Source: a virus
Taxonomy: Duplodnaviria; Caudoviricetes
Virus record (IMG/VR): IMGVR_UViG_3300020045_001405
Span: 1 to 26,444 of that record
Length of the DNA: 26,444 bases
Direction: 5' to 3' (one strand)
The notes under the pieces were generated by a model, which worked only from the letters and a program-made list of their open reading frames with translations, had not been told where the DNA came from and did no database searches. Both the position numbers and the translations under genes were made by a program. Below are positions 26,386 to 26,444 of this stretch, piece by piece. Numbering within the stretch: the first letter of the stretch is position 1; each line of letters opens with the position of its first letter.

Positions 26386-26444
26386 TTAATTTTTTCTATT
26401 TTGAGGCATTGCTAAATAATCTAAAACAGATTTTTTACCAGTTG
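26386..26444 (-). CDS. 3' end of the gene upstream of the MCP (gene 77-like, putative scaffold), partial
   Basis: One minus frame is open from the edge (TGKKSVLDYLAMPQNRKN, TAA at 26388-26386); the other two frames stop early. Identity inferred from synteny only. Confidence 0.5.
   Translation of the reverse strand, partial: TGKKSVLDYLAMPQNRKN

Noticed and set aside
1-26444. tRNA, rRNA or CRISPR array
   Set aside because: Intergenic gaps are at most about 115 nt and are accounted for by promoters, terminators and A/T leaders. No cloverleaf or repeat-spacer pattern was seen.

Overview
AT-rich (roughly 30% GC by eye) window from the late, structural module of a crAss-like phage (Crassvirales, Bacteroidota host, probably environmental or flavobacterial). 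All credible genes lie on the minus strand. Reading right to left: 3' end of the pre-capsid gene, major capsid protein, conserved 'gene 75'-like protein, ring protein, head fibre, auxiliary capsid protein, intrinsic terminator, Cys-rich tail-hub and fibre genes, a holin-like gene, an accessory cassette (adaptor, Zn-ribbon, two paralogous beta-rich proteins, repeat fibre), a DUF5675 lysin/holin/spanin-like lysis trio, ring protein, HU/IHF-like protein, tail tubular ring, muzzle (tail stabilisation) protein and two cargo/ejection proteins. Family calls rest on remembered motifs and gene order, not on searches. The most notable items are the promoter-bearing accessory cassette with a paralogue pair, an atypical lysis module, a palindrome that may act as terminator plus two opposed promoters, three identically spaced Bacteroidota-type promoters, extra domains apparently grafted into core virion proteins, and an apparent total absence of GATC.
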